From an uncultured Bdellovibrionales bacterium (GTDB lineage: Bacteria; Bdellovibrionota_C; UBA2361; CAZKXU01): 62,197 nt of DNA. How positions within the stretch are numbered: position 1 is the first letter of the stretch; every line of letters begins with the position of its first letter. Position numbers and translations under genes: made by a program. The notes below the pieces were generated by a model. That model made no database searches, was not told where the DNA came from, and saw only the letters and a program-made list of their open reading frames with translations. The stretch lies in NCBI GenBank assembly GCA_964556665.1, contig CAZKXU010000004.1, positions 1-62,197 of the forward strand, written 5' to 3'. Of this stretch, positions 1 through 10,600 are shown piece by piece.

Positions 1-60
1 GTGTTTTCGGGCATTTTTCGCCTTTTCTTAGTTCGAACTGCTCCTTCTAGGATTAACAAT

Positions 61-211
61 ACTGGGACCGCAGGACGCGCTTGGGCAGTGCATAGCACTG
101 CCACCAGGCAGCGTAAGACATTTAGCTTCCTTAAGTCAGCGCTAAGCGCCGTCCAGCCTGCAAACAAATTAGTTGGCATTTCGTTGCGTGCTGGAAACCC
201 GCAGCCCCAGT
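61..211. repeat. Degenerate REP doublet with expanded left-arm loop
   Basis: ACTGGGACCGCAGG at 61-74, CCAGCCTGC at 153-161, 24-nt spacer, inverted degenerate arm GCGTGCTGGAAACCCGCAGCCCCAGT at 186-211. Confidence 0.5.
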
Positions 212-230
212 AAGACGGTAAGAACTTATA

Positions 231-725
231 TTAAAGTGCGTTAGTATGTTTGCAAGGTAGTAATATTATTGGCTTCTCCTGATATTTCTCGGCCGTAACA
301 ACACTTATAGCCTGGTTCAAGGCATGTATATACTTCGCGATTCGGCTAAATTCCCTTAAAAAGGCCAGTAGATACTCACGCTCATCACAGCCACCAAAAA
401 ACGGATTGTCTAAGCCCATCAAGGTGAGCTGTGTAAGTCTCTTATCGACTAGCCTAGCAATGTCGATCCAGAACTCGAACTGAATGCGTTCTTTTATCGA
501 TAGTCCATGCCGCCAAAGAAAAATATCCCGCTCAGTCTCGGCTAAAAACCAAATACCTCCCTGTGATTCCAATTTAGGCAGTTTGTCTGCCAAAGCACCC
601 TCGATCTTGCTTACTGCAGCGAGCAATAGGCAACTCTGAGACAGCGTTTTCCTGCAAATCTGTAAATTTTGTACACAGCTGTACAAAGATGCACTGGTAC
701 TCGTTTCTGGTGGCGTAATAAACAT
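231..725 (-). CDS. Hypothetical protein (164 aa)
   Basis: Only long ORF in the interval; no recognisable motif. Confidence 0.5.
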   Translation of the reverse strand: MFITPPETSTSASLYSCVQNLQICRKTLSQSCLLLAAVSKIEGALADKLPKLESQGGIWFLAETERDIFLWRHGLSIKERIQFEFWIDIARLVDKRLTQLTLMGLDNPFFGGCDEREYLLAFLREFSRIAKYIHALNQAISVVTAEKYQEKPIILLPCKHTNAL

Positions 726-993
726 TTGAGATTACTATTTATTTTATAAAGCGCTGCGAGGATTGCTGTATATCAGCAAGTTTGAAGCCAATATGGGCAT
801 TGTATCCTATTAAGCAGGGAGCGTTAAGAGCCGATTTTACACATGTGGTGTTGTATAGTCCTTTTCAAACGTAACTTTTAGAAAAGACTATATCCTCCGT
901 AGCTTTAGCGAAGGAGCATTATACTGAGAGTGGTGATATTTATGAATATCTCCATAATATGACGTTTCCGATTAATCAGTAGGTCCCTAAATT

Positions 994-2502
994 ATGACAG
1001 AAACAATCTCGCATAAAGACACGGTCATGATTGTAGATGATGATCGTCTCAATAGGATCTGCATGAAGGCTATGCTGGAAGGTAAGGGGTACAACGTAGT
1101 GCAAGCCACAAACGGTTATCAGTGTATAAAGCTATGCAAAGCAAATCCACCATCGATAATTTTGCTTGATGTGATTATGCCTGGAATTGATGGCTTGGAT
1201 GTTTGTAAAGAACTCCGTAAGCAATATACTCCCGAGGAGTTGCCAATCGTTATTGTCAGCACTAAAGGCAGCGGGCCTGAATTAGCAAATGGACTGAAAG
1301 CAGGTGCTAATGATTATATCACCAAACCTGTTGATCGCTATGCCTTGCTTGCGCGCTTAGAAGTACAGCTCAGAAGTTCACGCCTGTTCATGGCAAATAG
1401 GGAGAATCAGAGGAAGCTTGATCAGACCCTTAAACTTATGTATGCCATGGGCACGGTCCTGCCGGAGGCAGTTGCAATTGCCGGTGAGGGTGGGGAGATC
1501 CTCTATTACAATAAGCTTATCTTCAAGCTTTGTGGTGCGCAGATGCCCGCAAAAATCGAAGATATACATCGAAAGATCTTTGAGGGCTCAATGGATGGCA
1601 TTCACGCCCAGATGCGAGACGTGATCTTAGATAACCAGTTCTTGGTTATCGATCAGGAGTATGAGGCCATGGCTAAGAGGAAGCTACGAATTCAGGTGGT
1701 ATCCGAGCCTCTATTAATCGACAGTAATAATAACTGTAGGCTTTGGCTGTGGCGTGACTTTACCGACATGCGAGAGCTTGAAGGTGCCTTATTGGAGAAA
1801 TCCAAATTGGAAACCATGGGTGTTTTTGCCTCGGGCGTTGCCCATAATTTTAACAATGTCCTTGGCGGCATATCAGGTGCAACAGGCGCACTTTCCAAAC
1901 TTACAAAAGATAATGAGCGTGCACAGAAACTGATCGTTATGATCGAGAAGGGTGTTGACCGCGCCTCAAAACTAACAAATAAAATCTTAGGATTTGGAGA
2001 TACTGCAACTGAGGATGCTAATAAAGCATACGGTGATTTAATCCACGTTATTAAAGATGTACTCCGCATACAGGATGAGCTACACGAGCATCGCATTCTT
2101 GCTAGCGCCAATTACAGCACTGAGTCTTTACTGGTGCGAGTCCCGGCTATTCAGCTATACGATCTTATTAACAATGTTGTCAGTAATGCGTTCGAAGCGA
2201 TTAAAGAACGTGGAGAGGTTTCAATTTCAACAGCTATAAAACCTGGAGACACCCATGTTGAGGTGCATATTGTCGATAACGGCATAGGCATGGATCAGGA
2301 CACCCTGAAACGGCTGCGCGAGCCATTCTTTTCAACAAAAGCCATGGACGTAGAGAACGGTATCAGTATTGAAGGTCACGGCCTTGGTCTTTGGTGGGTA
2401 CACAACGTGCTTAGGATCTGTGGAGGCGAGATCGAATTCAATAGTGAGTTAGAAGAGGGGACTGAGGTAACGATTACACTCCCGTTGCTTAAGGAATGTT
2501 AA
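994..2502 (+). CDS. Hybrid response regulator/sensor histidine kinase (REC-PAS-like-HisKA-HATPase)
   Basis: N-terminal receiver (IVDDD, LLDVIMPG, KP), H-box GVAHNFNN, N box NNVVSNAFEA, G1 DNGIG, F box FFSTK, G2 GHGLGL. Confidence 0.88.
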   Translation: MTETISHKDTVMIVDDDRLNRICMKAMLEGKGYNVVQATNGYQCIKLCKANPPSIILLDVIMPGIDGLDVCKELRKQYTPEELPIVIVSTKGSGPELANGLKAGANDYITKPVDRYALLARLEVQLRSSRLFMANRENQRKLDQTLKLMYAMGTVLPEAVAIAGEGGEILYYNKLIFKLCGAQMPAKIEDIHRKIFEGSMDGIHAQMRDVILDNQFLVIDQEYEAMAKRKLRIQVVSEPLLIDSNNNCRLWLWRDFTDMRELEGALLEKSKLETMGVFASGVAHNFNNVLGGISGATGALSKLTKDNERAQKLIVMIEKGVDRASKLTNKILGFGDTATEDANKAYGDLIHVIKDVLRIQDELHEHRILASANYSTESLLVRVPAIQLYDLINNVVSNAFEAIKERGEVSISTAIKPGDTHVEVHIVDNGIGMDQDTLKRLREPFFSTKAMDVENGISIEGHGLGLWWVHNVLRICGGEIEFNSELEEGTEVTITLPLLKEC

Positions 2503-2529
2503 TATACATTCATAGTTTTTAAGATTACC

Positions 2530-2665
2530 TTTATTTCTAGTCTTAATCTTTGTCCTAGCCTTCGTCTTCTCCCGGATCAGGGCTAGAACGAAGAATCCGG
2601 ACAAGATCAAAGACGAGGACGAAGGCGAGGATTAGGATTAAGATAAGGACTGGGAATAAGAATCA
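2530..2665. repeat. Imperfect inverted repeat built from 6-nt periodic units, between convergent genes
   Basis: Left TCTTAATCTTTGTCCTAGCCTTCGTCTTC (2541-) pairs with right GACGAG-GACGAA-GGCGAG-GATTAG-GATTAA-GA (2612-2643); inner CCGGAT/ATCCGG. Confidence 0.65.
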
Positions 2666-2742
2666 CCAAAATCACTATGATTTTCTGTACTAGTGGGAGG
2701 TATATAGGCTGCCCCTACGATTTTACCCACACTTTTTAACAG

Positions 2743-3138
2743 TTACGGATCCATCTTGTCTCTACAGTGCTCATAAAGCAAAGCCTGTACAACTTTTTTA
2801 CTAAGTGTGTGCTTACTTAAATAAGTCGTTATCCCAACCTCTTGTCCTTCCGCCCAACCTTCTCCAGTAGCATTGGCTGTAAAAGCTATAATAGCACCTT
2901 GATATCCAGCAGATCTGACCTTCTTAGTCAGCACGTGGCCGTTCATCTCAGGCATCCTGATATCTATAATCATCATATCGAAGGGAGTGCCAAGCTGTAG
3001 CTGAGAAAGAGTAGCATCGAGTGCCTGTGCACCGCGACTGACTGCTGTTACAGCAGCTCCAGCGCGCTCAAAAAACTCCTCTAGCATGAGCAAAATAGAT
3101 GGATCGTCATCAACTATTAGTACTCTAGGTCTCGTCAT
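2743..3138 (-). CDS. Single-domain response regulator (CheY-like receiver)
   Basis: VLIVDDD, IIDIRMPEMNG, FTA and YLSK receiver motifs; 131 aa. Confidence 0.9.
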   Translation of the reverse strand: MTRPRVLIVDDDPSILLMLEEFFERAGAAVTAVSRGAQALDATLSQLQLGTPFDMMIIDIRMPEMNGHVLTKKVRSAGYQGAIIAFTANATGEGWAEGQEVGITTYLSKHTLSKKVVQALLYEHCRDKMDP

Positions 3139-3257
3139 TTGATTATTGTAAAATCATTTGCCTCTACTTAGGCCTGCATCAGGCTGATGCAGCAATTTCT
3201 GTTCTATCTTCCAATTTGGTTTATTCCTTGTCAATATCCTGCTATATTTGACAGGAA

Positions 3258-4421
3258 ATGGGCAAGGAAGTTCCTCCTCAATCTCTTCGTATATGTCATC
3301 TAGCTGATATTCACCTTGGATATCGCCGCTATAACAGGATGGCAGGAGGTGGTGCTAATCAGCGAGAGGTCGATATTAATAACGCCTTCCATGAAGCTAT
3401 TGAAAAGGTAATAAAGCTTAAGCCGCATATCGTAATAATAGCCGGAGACCTTTTCCATCATGTACGACCTTCAAATGCGGTTGTGACTTTCTGCTTTCGA
3501 GAGCTTAGACGTTTAGCGATGGCCGTCAGCAGGATAGTAATTATAGGGGGTAATCATGAAACCCCTAAGCGTTCAGATACTGGGTGCGTCCTTAGACTAT
3601 TCTCAGAAATTACAGGTGTACATGTAGCCGATACTAACATTGAGCAATTCAATTTTCCTGAGATAAGCACAAATGTATGTTGTTTGCCTCATGCAGCTTT
3701 GTTTGACAAAACAGATCTGCGGCTTAGGGCAGATGACCGGTGTAAATTCAATATCCTTACAGTGCATGCACAGGTCGATGAGACATGGATGAGTGACTTT
3801 GGCGGCGTAGAACTTGACCTCAAAAAACTAAGTCCACATGAATGGGACTATATCGCATTAGGGCATGTGCATTTATACCGCGGCGTAGCGCTAAATGCTT
3901 TTTATGCCGGATCAATCGAACACACAGCAAGCAATATTTGGGCAGAGGCTGGTCAGTCAAAAGGTTTTCTTGAGATAGAACTGCCTAGCTTAGCCAGAAA
4001 ATTCCACACGCTTACATCTCCTAGAGAGGTCATAGTCGCAGAAACTCTTGATGCCCGCATGTTAACTCCACAGGAGGCATCAGAACAGATCAATCAGAAA
4101 TTGTTAAAGATACCTGGTGGAGTAGATGGAAAGATAGTGCGTCTTGAAATTCTAAATATTCCTCGTGAAGTTGTAAGACTCCTTGATTATAAAGGAATAA
4201 AGCGCTGGAAAAACTTGGCATTAAATCTAACTCTGGAATTCAAAGGGCCAGATCGACAGGATTCACGTCAAGCCTTCTCTAGTACTGCACGCGGCACATT
4301 AGAGGAGCAGCTAGATCAATATACTAAAACCTATACAAGTGAAAGGCATCATAGCGATGAGTTTACAGCGTTGTTTAAGAGTTATTTTCAGAAACTAGAG
4401 ATAAAAGAGGAGCTGCGATGA
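3258..4421 (+). CDS. sbcD: SbcD/Mre11-family nuclease
   Basis: Metallophosphoesterase motifs DIHLG, AGDLFH, GNHE, HA, YIALGHVH; overlaps the downstream SMC ATPase gene. Confidence 0.9.
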   Translation: MGKEVPPQSLRICHLADIHLGYRRYNRMAGGGANQREVDINNAFHEAIEKVIKLKPHIVIIAGDLFHHVRPSNAVVTFCFRELRRLAMAVSRIVIIGGNHETPKRSDTGCVLRLFSEITGVHVADTNIEQFNFPEISTNVCCLPHAALFDKTDLRLRADDRCKFNILTVHAQVDETWMSDFGGVELDLKKLSPHEWDYIALGHVHLYRGVALNAFYAGSIEHTASNIWAEAGQSKGFLEIELPSLARKFHTLTSPREVIVAETLDARMLTPQEASEQINQKLLKIPGGVDGKIVRLEILNIPREVVRLLDYKGIKRWKNLALNLTLEFKGPDRQDSRQAFSSTARGTLEEQLDQYTKTYTSERHHSDEFTALFKSYFQKLEIKEELR

Positions 4422-6511
4422 GGCTAGCTTCTCTCTACCTCTGCAATTTCAGGCAGCATGCATTAACAGAGATTCAATTTGAATCAGGTATCACTGGAAT
4501 ATTCGGGCCAAACGGCGCTGGCAAAAGCAGTTTGGTTGAGGCAATAGCTTTTGCGCTCTATGGCGTCCAGGCAATACGAGGGAATCTTGCTGACTTAAAG
4601 AGACGAGGCTGTAGCGCACGTGATCCATTCGAAGTAAGACTCGTCTTTGAACATGACAACATTGTTTACAGAGTCGAACGCGGCATTAGTGACGGCAAAC
4701 TATTCATCGCTGGAGCTGACAAGCCGATTACCAGTAATAACCGTGAAACTACAGCGGCAATCGAAAGATTATTACGGCTTAACTACGATGAATTTATAGC
4801 TTCATATTATACAGAACAGAAAGGATTACAGTTCCTAAGCGGTCAAAAAGGTGCGACAGAACGTGAAAAATTTATTATGCGGATGATCGGCTATGACCGT
4901 CTCGAAAAGATTCAGGAGTTATTGAGGGAGGATCGTAAATCTAAGCGTAGTGAGTTGCAAGGCATCGAGGCAGGCTTAGGAACTAGACAGGAACTTGAGA
5001 GCTGCCTAAGAGTAGAGATGGAGCATCTAGCATTGGCTGAGGAAAGTTATAAGAACTCAAGCAAAGTATTGAAAAATGCTGACTTAGAGGTATTAAGATT
5101 AAAAGGCGAATATGACAAACTTGAATCACAAAAACTAAAGTTCGATAAGCTTCTGGCAGACATTGAGAGGATAACAATTTTAACGCAGCAGCAGGGCAAG
5201 AGGCGAGAATCTATTCTGCAGGATCTTGATGAGATGCCCAGCCTAGATGCGTTAGAGGAGCTAATCTCTCAGAGCCGTTTAGCGCTCTTAAAGCTGCGTA
5301 CAGAGATACAGCAGCTTGAGACTGAGACACAAGCAGAGCAGTCCTTATGGAGAGAGCGAACGGTTAAAATCGAAGCGGAGCTTGCGACTCTAAGTGAGAA
5401 AAATCATGAACTAACTGAACGCGAGAGAAACTATACGGCATTAAAAGAGAACGCTCCTTGTCCTACCTGCGGTAAGGAATTAGGCGCAGAGTTTCATGAT
5501 GTGAAGGGGCATTTAAGAGTAGAGAGAGAGAGTCTAGCCGAACATATATCTATGCTCTACTCGGAGCTTAAAGTTCTGAGCACTGAACCTGAGATGCTAA
5601 TAGAGAAGAAAGTAAAACTTTCATCGGCAAAGAAATCGCTCGCCGTTCAAGAGTGTGAAAATGCGAGCTTAATTGAACGTCGAGCGAAGCTTGAAGGGGT
5701 AAGACTCCTGCAAGCTGAACTTTCTCGTATTGATGACGAGCAGATAGAGTTAAATAAAAAAAGAGCCGCGCTTGATGATGAGCTTTCTGAGCTTTCATTT
5801 AAGGCGGATCTATACACTAGAACAAAAGCCGGATATGAGGCTGCCATGCGTTTATTGGAGGTCTCACGACTTCAAAATACAAGAGCAGAAGGTGAGCATG
5901 AGATGTACCGCTCTTTAGTGGAAAGAGCGCGGGCAACCTTAGAACAGTATGATCAAAGACGTGCTTCATTACAAAGTCTAAAGACGGAGCTGGTATTACT
6001 TGAGGAAGGGGATGCCTTACTCACTAACTTTAGACGGGACCTTAACTCTACCCTAAGACCCCGGCTTGCTGAACTCTCTGGAGAGTTCCTGGCGGAGCTA
6101 ACTGATGGTCGTTATAACACAGTCGAAGTACAGCCGGATTTTACTCCAACAGTTGTTGAAGATGGGGATCCGAAAGCAATTATTAGTGGAGGTGAGGAGG
6201 ATATTTTGAACCTTTGCGTGCGGCTAGGCTTATCTACATTGGTATCCGAGCGAGCTGGGCACACCGTTTCGCTTCTGGTCCTAGATGAAGTTTTTGGCTC
6301 ACTAGATGAGTTTAGACGTGCTAACGTTCTGGTATTATTAGAGCAGTTGCGGAAACGTTTTGAGCAGATCCTCATTATTACCCATATGGATGATATTCGA
6401 GAGAGCATCCAGAACGCTATCTACGTTGATTACAATCACTCTTTAGATCAGGCGGTCGTAAGAAAGGTTGAGGCTGATTTTCTTATAGAAGGCAGAGTAG
6501 TCAATCTGTAA
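4418..6511 (+). CDS. sbcC: SbcC/Rad50-family SMC ATPase
   Basis: Walker A GPNGAGKS, coiled coils, zinc hook CPTCG, signature ISGGEE, Walker B LVLDEVFGSLD, ITH. Confidence 0.88.
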   Translation: MRLASLYLCNFRQHALTEIQFESGITGIFGPNGAGKSSLVEAIAFALYGVQAIRGNLADLKRRGCSARDPFEVRLVFEHDNIVYRVERGISDGKLFIAGADKPITSNNRETTAAIERLLRLNYDEFIASYYTEQKGLQFLSGQKGATEREKFIMRMIGYDRLEKIQELLREDRKSKRSELQGIEAGLGTRQELESCLRVEMEHLALAEESYKNSSKVLKNADLEVLRLKGEYDKLESQKLKFDKLLADIERITILTQQQGKRRESILQDLDEMPSLDALEELISQSRLALLKLRTEIQQLETETQAEQSLWRERTVKIEAELATLSEKNHELTERERNYTALKENAPCPTCGKELGAEFHDVKGHLRVERESLAEHISMLYSELKVLSTEPEMLIEKKVKLSSAKKSLAVQECENASLIERRAKLEGVRLLQAELSRIDDEQIELNKKRAALDDELSELSFKADLYTRTKAGYEAAMRLLEVSRLQNTRAEGEHEMYRSLVERARATLEQYDQRRASLQSLKTELVLLEEGDALLTNFRRDLNSTLRPRLAELSGEFLAELTDGRYNTVEVQPDFTPTVVEDGDPKAIISGGEEDILNLCVRLGLSTLVSERAGHTVSLLVLDEVFGSLDEFRRANVLVLLEQLRKRFEQILIITHMDDIRESIQNAIYVDYNHSLDQAVVRKVEADFLIEGRVVNL

Positions 6512-6697
6512 TTATTCTTATACTGACGCAGAGCCTTACAATTCAGTATTCGCCCTCGTTTTTAGATGCAACATACTTTTAGATCGTACCATAACTATTA
6601 CTAGATACTAATTTGATTTGCATTCAGACTTGTATTGGCACTCGCCATCGAAGTCTGCAATCAAGGGGTTTATTTTGCTTTTATCAAAGGTTATTTT

Positions 6698-7549
6698 ATG
6701 AAAAGTTTTGCTTTATCGATTCTTACAGCCAGTTCGTTTTTGTTCTCTATAGCATTTGCAGATAACACCACCACGGCGATTATAAAAAAAGAGGTTAAGA
6801 AAGCTGTGGGAAGGGCAATCTCTACAGCTGCTGTTGTTGGTCCGCAAGGTCCAATGGGGCCACAAGGACTTAAGGGAGATGCTGGCCCTACCGGTCCACA
6901 AGGACTACCTGGACCTACGGGGCCAGCCGGTAAGGATGGAGCTCCTGGCAAAGAAGGAGCACCGGGAAATAACGGTGAAGATGGTAAGGATGGAGCTCCT
7001 TGTGATCCTGATCTAAATGTCCGTTGTAGAGGACCTGCTGGACAGGATGGTAAAGATGCCTCCCCAATGCTTGATATCTACGTGCCAGACAAAGACGCCA
7101 ACGGCATATTTTCACCATCTCAATCAGCAAATGCAAAGGACTGTAGTCAATTTAGTATTGAGTCTGTATGTGCCTACAAAGGGTGTGAATTTAGAATATC
7201 TAATACAGACTGGAACTCAGGTAACGATAATACCAGTCTAGCGACAATGACTCTGTTCATGGAGAACAACTACAGTTCATATGGTAAAAAAGGGAATGAA
7301 AGTACTCTTTATACCTATATTATGAGACCGGATGCCGCGGATCGAGGTGTTGAGCTAGGTGCCAATAAAAATGGGCATGTCGATAAAATTGATATTATCA
7401 GTGCGAACGGTGGTGAAGTTTTGATCTCTAACTATATTCCTGCGTCATGTGCCGGTCAAAAAGGAGATAGTGCGCCGTTTGACGATCCTTATCAGATTAA
7501 TGTAATGGTCGATCCTAATCACGTCGCATACATCATTATTAAAGAGTAG
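6698..7549 (+). CDS. Secreted collagen-like protein
   Basis: Signal peptide from ATG 6698 (MKSFALSILTASSFLFSIAFA), about 18 consecutive Gly-X-Y triplets, Cys-containing globular C-terminus. Confidence 0.85.
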   Translation: MKSFALSILTASSFLFSIAFADNTTTAIIKKEVKKAVGRAISTAAVVGPQGPMGPQGLKGDAGPTGPQGLPGPTGPAGKDGAPGKEGAPGNNGEDGKDGAPCDPDLNVRCRGPAGQDGKDASPMLDIYVPDKDANGIFSPSQSANAKDCSQFSIESVCAYKGCEFRISNTDWNSGNDNTSLATMTLFMENNYSSYGKKGNESTLYTYIMRPDAADRGVELGANKNGHVDKIDIISANGGEVLISNYIPASCAGQKGDSAPFDDPYQINVMVDPNHVAYIIIKE

Positions 7550-7578
7550 TCTTATAGCTGAACCACTATAGACTCAGA

Positions 7579-7610
7579 GGAGATGGCCGACAAACGGCCA
7601 TCTCCGTTTA
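7579..7610 (+). terminator. Probable intrinsic terminator
   Basis: 11-bp perfect stem GGAGATGGCCG/CGGCCATCTCC followed by GTTTA, 30 nt after the collagen gene stop. Confidence 0.6.
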
Positions 7611-7655
7611 ACCAAAAAGCTAATAGATATTACCTCTCCATCGTAGTATATAAAG

Positions 7656-10600
7656 ATGATGAATCGAATCATCATCCTTTATGTTTTCTTACTGCCAACC
7701 TTACTTTTAGCACAGGATAGTTTTAAACCATCCTCTGGTGTTCCAATTCCGCTTCAACCTTGGGTTAATTGGGTTGAATCACAACATCCGGAGTGGCGCT
7801 GTGCCCAGGTAGGAAATGAGCCGGTATGTGTCTGGCCTGGAAGTGCCAAACTTGAACTGCGCAATAATGGAGGCTCATTCGAACTAAATGCTGAACTATT
7901 ACGCAAAAGCCAGGTGGCTCTTCCATATCAGAAAGGCATTCAACCGTACGACCTTAAAGTTGTAGATCGGGTGAGAGGCGAGACAACACCTGCCTTAATT
8001 GTAGATAATAATAAGGCCTCCCTTCTATTAGATGCTGGGTCCTATATGATATCAGGGCTGCTCGCCTGGGATACTCTGCCCCCAGAGATTCCTGTGCCTA
8101 TGGAGTATGGGATTCTCTCTGTCTCCCTAGCCTCCGACATAGAAAAGCTTCGGATTGAGAGAACAACAAATACTATAAAATTAGAGCCGGAGATAAATAC
8201 TACCACCTCAGATGGACTTAACATCAATATTTATAGACGGCTTGTTGATGGCTCTCCGTTAAGAATAGATACTAGGATCGTACTGCGTGTATCAGGAGCA
8301 GCCCGCTCTCTTGAACTTGGCTCTGTTCTTCTTCCAGGATCACTCCCTGTAAATGTCCATGCTACACTTTCGTATCAGTTTGATTCAGCAGGTAGGCTCT
8401 CATTGGAGCTTACACCTGGAGAACACACTGTTAGCATCGAAAGCGTGATGGAACAACCTGTATTAAGGCTCACTCGGCCAAACAATTTTATAAAAGAATG
8501 GCCTATAGAAGAGCTCTGGAGCTGGGTGGAAGATGCAGCGTTTCGATCTGTTGAGCTGCGTGGCATTTCGGCTGTACAGGCTGAGTTGACTACAATGCCG
8601 ATCGACTGGCAGGGTGGCGCTGCTTATGCAGTTCCTTCAGGTGCTGAAGCTTCACTATTAGAGATTCGACGAGGTGAGCAATCAACCCAAGCACAGGCTC
8701 TTATACTTAATCGTGAGATGTGGCTAGACCTTGACGGAGGAGGCTTTACCGTACGAGATAAGATTAAAGGACGGATCTCAGGAAGCTACCGCTTGAATGC
8801 ATTAGATGAGCTTAAGATCGGCCGTGCTATTGTAAACGGGGCTCCATGGTTCATATCAAAAGATCCGAACTCTGAACGTAGCGGACTAGATCTTAGAGAA
8901 TCCGATGTCGAGATAGAAGCAGTCTCCATACTTGATGGAACTCGTACATTTTCAGCAGTAGGTTACGACACCGACTTAAGTCAGTTGAATATATCTTTGC
9001 ATCTGCCCCCGCTTGCACGTCTCTTTAATGTTAGTGGTGCACGTGCTCCATCGAGCTGGATAGAGGCATGGACTCTACTTGGTATTTTTGGGTGTCTTTT
9101 ATTAATTGTAGCTACCAACAGAATTTTGGGTCGCAAAGTTGCAATCATAATAGGAGTCCTGATTCCTTTAAGTCATCAGGAGTTCTTAGTTCCACGTATG
9201 CTATTTATACACCTTCTTATAGTAGTGTTGTGGTATACATTAGTAACAGATAAAAACTCTGTCTGGGGCGCAATCAGTCGATCCCTAATCTATGTTACAT
9301 TTATAGCTTGGTGCTTAGAGGCGCTTGCCTTTGCAAAGCTTCAGTTTAGTCAGTTTCTGTACCCTCAACTTGAAGCTGGCTCCAGATACCGTACTGCAAT
9401 TCAGGAGATTGCTATCGCGCTCGAAAGAAGCTTCTTAGCATGGCCGCTTATTCTGTTGTTGCTCGCTCTTGCTATTCTTAGTCTAAGTTGGATTTTTAAT
9501 TACAAATCGACCTGGCAATTAGTAAAACGATCTGCTGCTGTATTGGTGTTGGGTGTGGTAGTTTTTAGCTTCGTAGGCGGGTATCTTTTCTCGATACTTA
9601 TTGAGAACAAAGGGCCTCGGCGCACAGTCGCATCTTCTAAAGCTTACACTCCCGAGGAGGGATTGCAGAGTCGAAAACTTTATAAAGAGTATGAGAGTAA
9701 TAGCATTGGAAAGACTGTAGCTCTAATGGATTTAAATGAGCCTGCAGCGCTACCAACATACGAGCAGAAAAAACTACTTACCGGCCCAGCTATCCCTAGC
9801 TGGAATTGGCGTACACATAATATCTGGTTAAAAGGACCTGTCTTAGCAGACAGCCAAATAGGAGTTTCATTTTTATCACCTGGCTTTGTTAGATTCCTAA
9901 GTGGTCTGCGAGCAGCTCTAACCCTGTATCTTATCATGCTTGTATTTAGGAGAATCGGATTCTCATTTAACCTGCCGCTGCGTGGATTGGCAACGAGCGC
10001 AGCCCTCATTCTCATTCTCATTTTATTACCGCATAACGCAGCAGCCCAGTTTCCAGATCAGGATCTGCTTAAGAGCTTAGAAGCGAGGATGAGTGCTGAG
10101 CGTTGCACGCTTCCTGATTGTGCTGCTATTGAGAGTGCTACGATTTCTATAGTTGACGATCGTATAGAGATATCGATGATTGGATATAGTAATGGCAGAG
10201 CCGCAATTAACATACCTGGCCCTTACTCCTCTTTTGCACCGACAGCAGTAAGAATAAATGGACGACCCTCTGTAGCTTTGAGAAGAAATTCATCCGATTT
10301 TATTCAGGCAAGAACAGAGAATGGTAGAAATACTATCGAAGTTTCAGGTACTGCACCTGCTAATTCATTTACGTTGCAGTTCCCTAGCAAACCTCTACAT
10401 CTTAACGTTGAGGCTAGGAATTGGATTAGCGAAGGGATTTCAGCAGGCGGCACAACAGATGGAACAGTTCGCTTTACCCGTAAGAGAAGTGACAAAGTCG
10501 AGAATCGAAAGGCATCTGCTGCAGTACTTCCAGGCTGGATAATTGCCAAACGCCGCTTCTTAATCGGTGAGGATATTTCAATTTCAACACAGTTAGAACG

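Noticed and set aside
1-213. 70-aa ORF at the window start
   Set aside because: It runs through the REP doublet and has no protein-like features; probably spurious.
3174-3192. Palindrome CTGCATCAG-G-CTGATGCAG between divergent genes
   Set aside because: Single short palindrome with no second copy or recognisable regulator consensus; too weak to call.
3258-6511. SMC-based defence system (Wadjet/Lamassu-like)
   Set aside because: Mre11-type nuclease plus Rad50-type ATPase with zinc hook is the ordinary SbcCD pair; no effector or kleisin genes.
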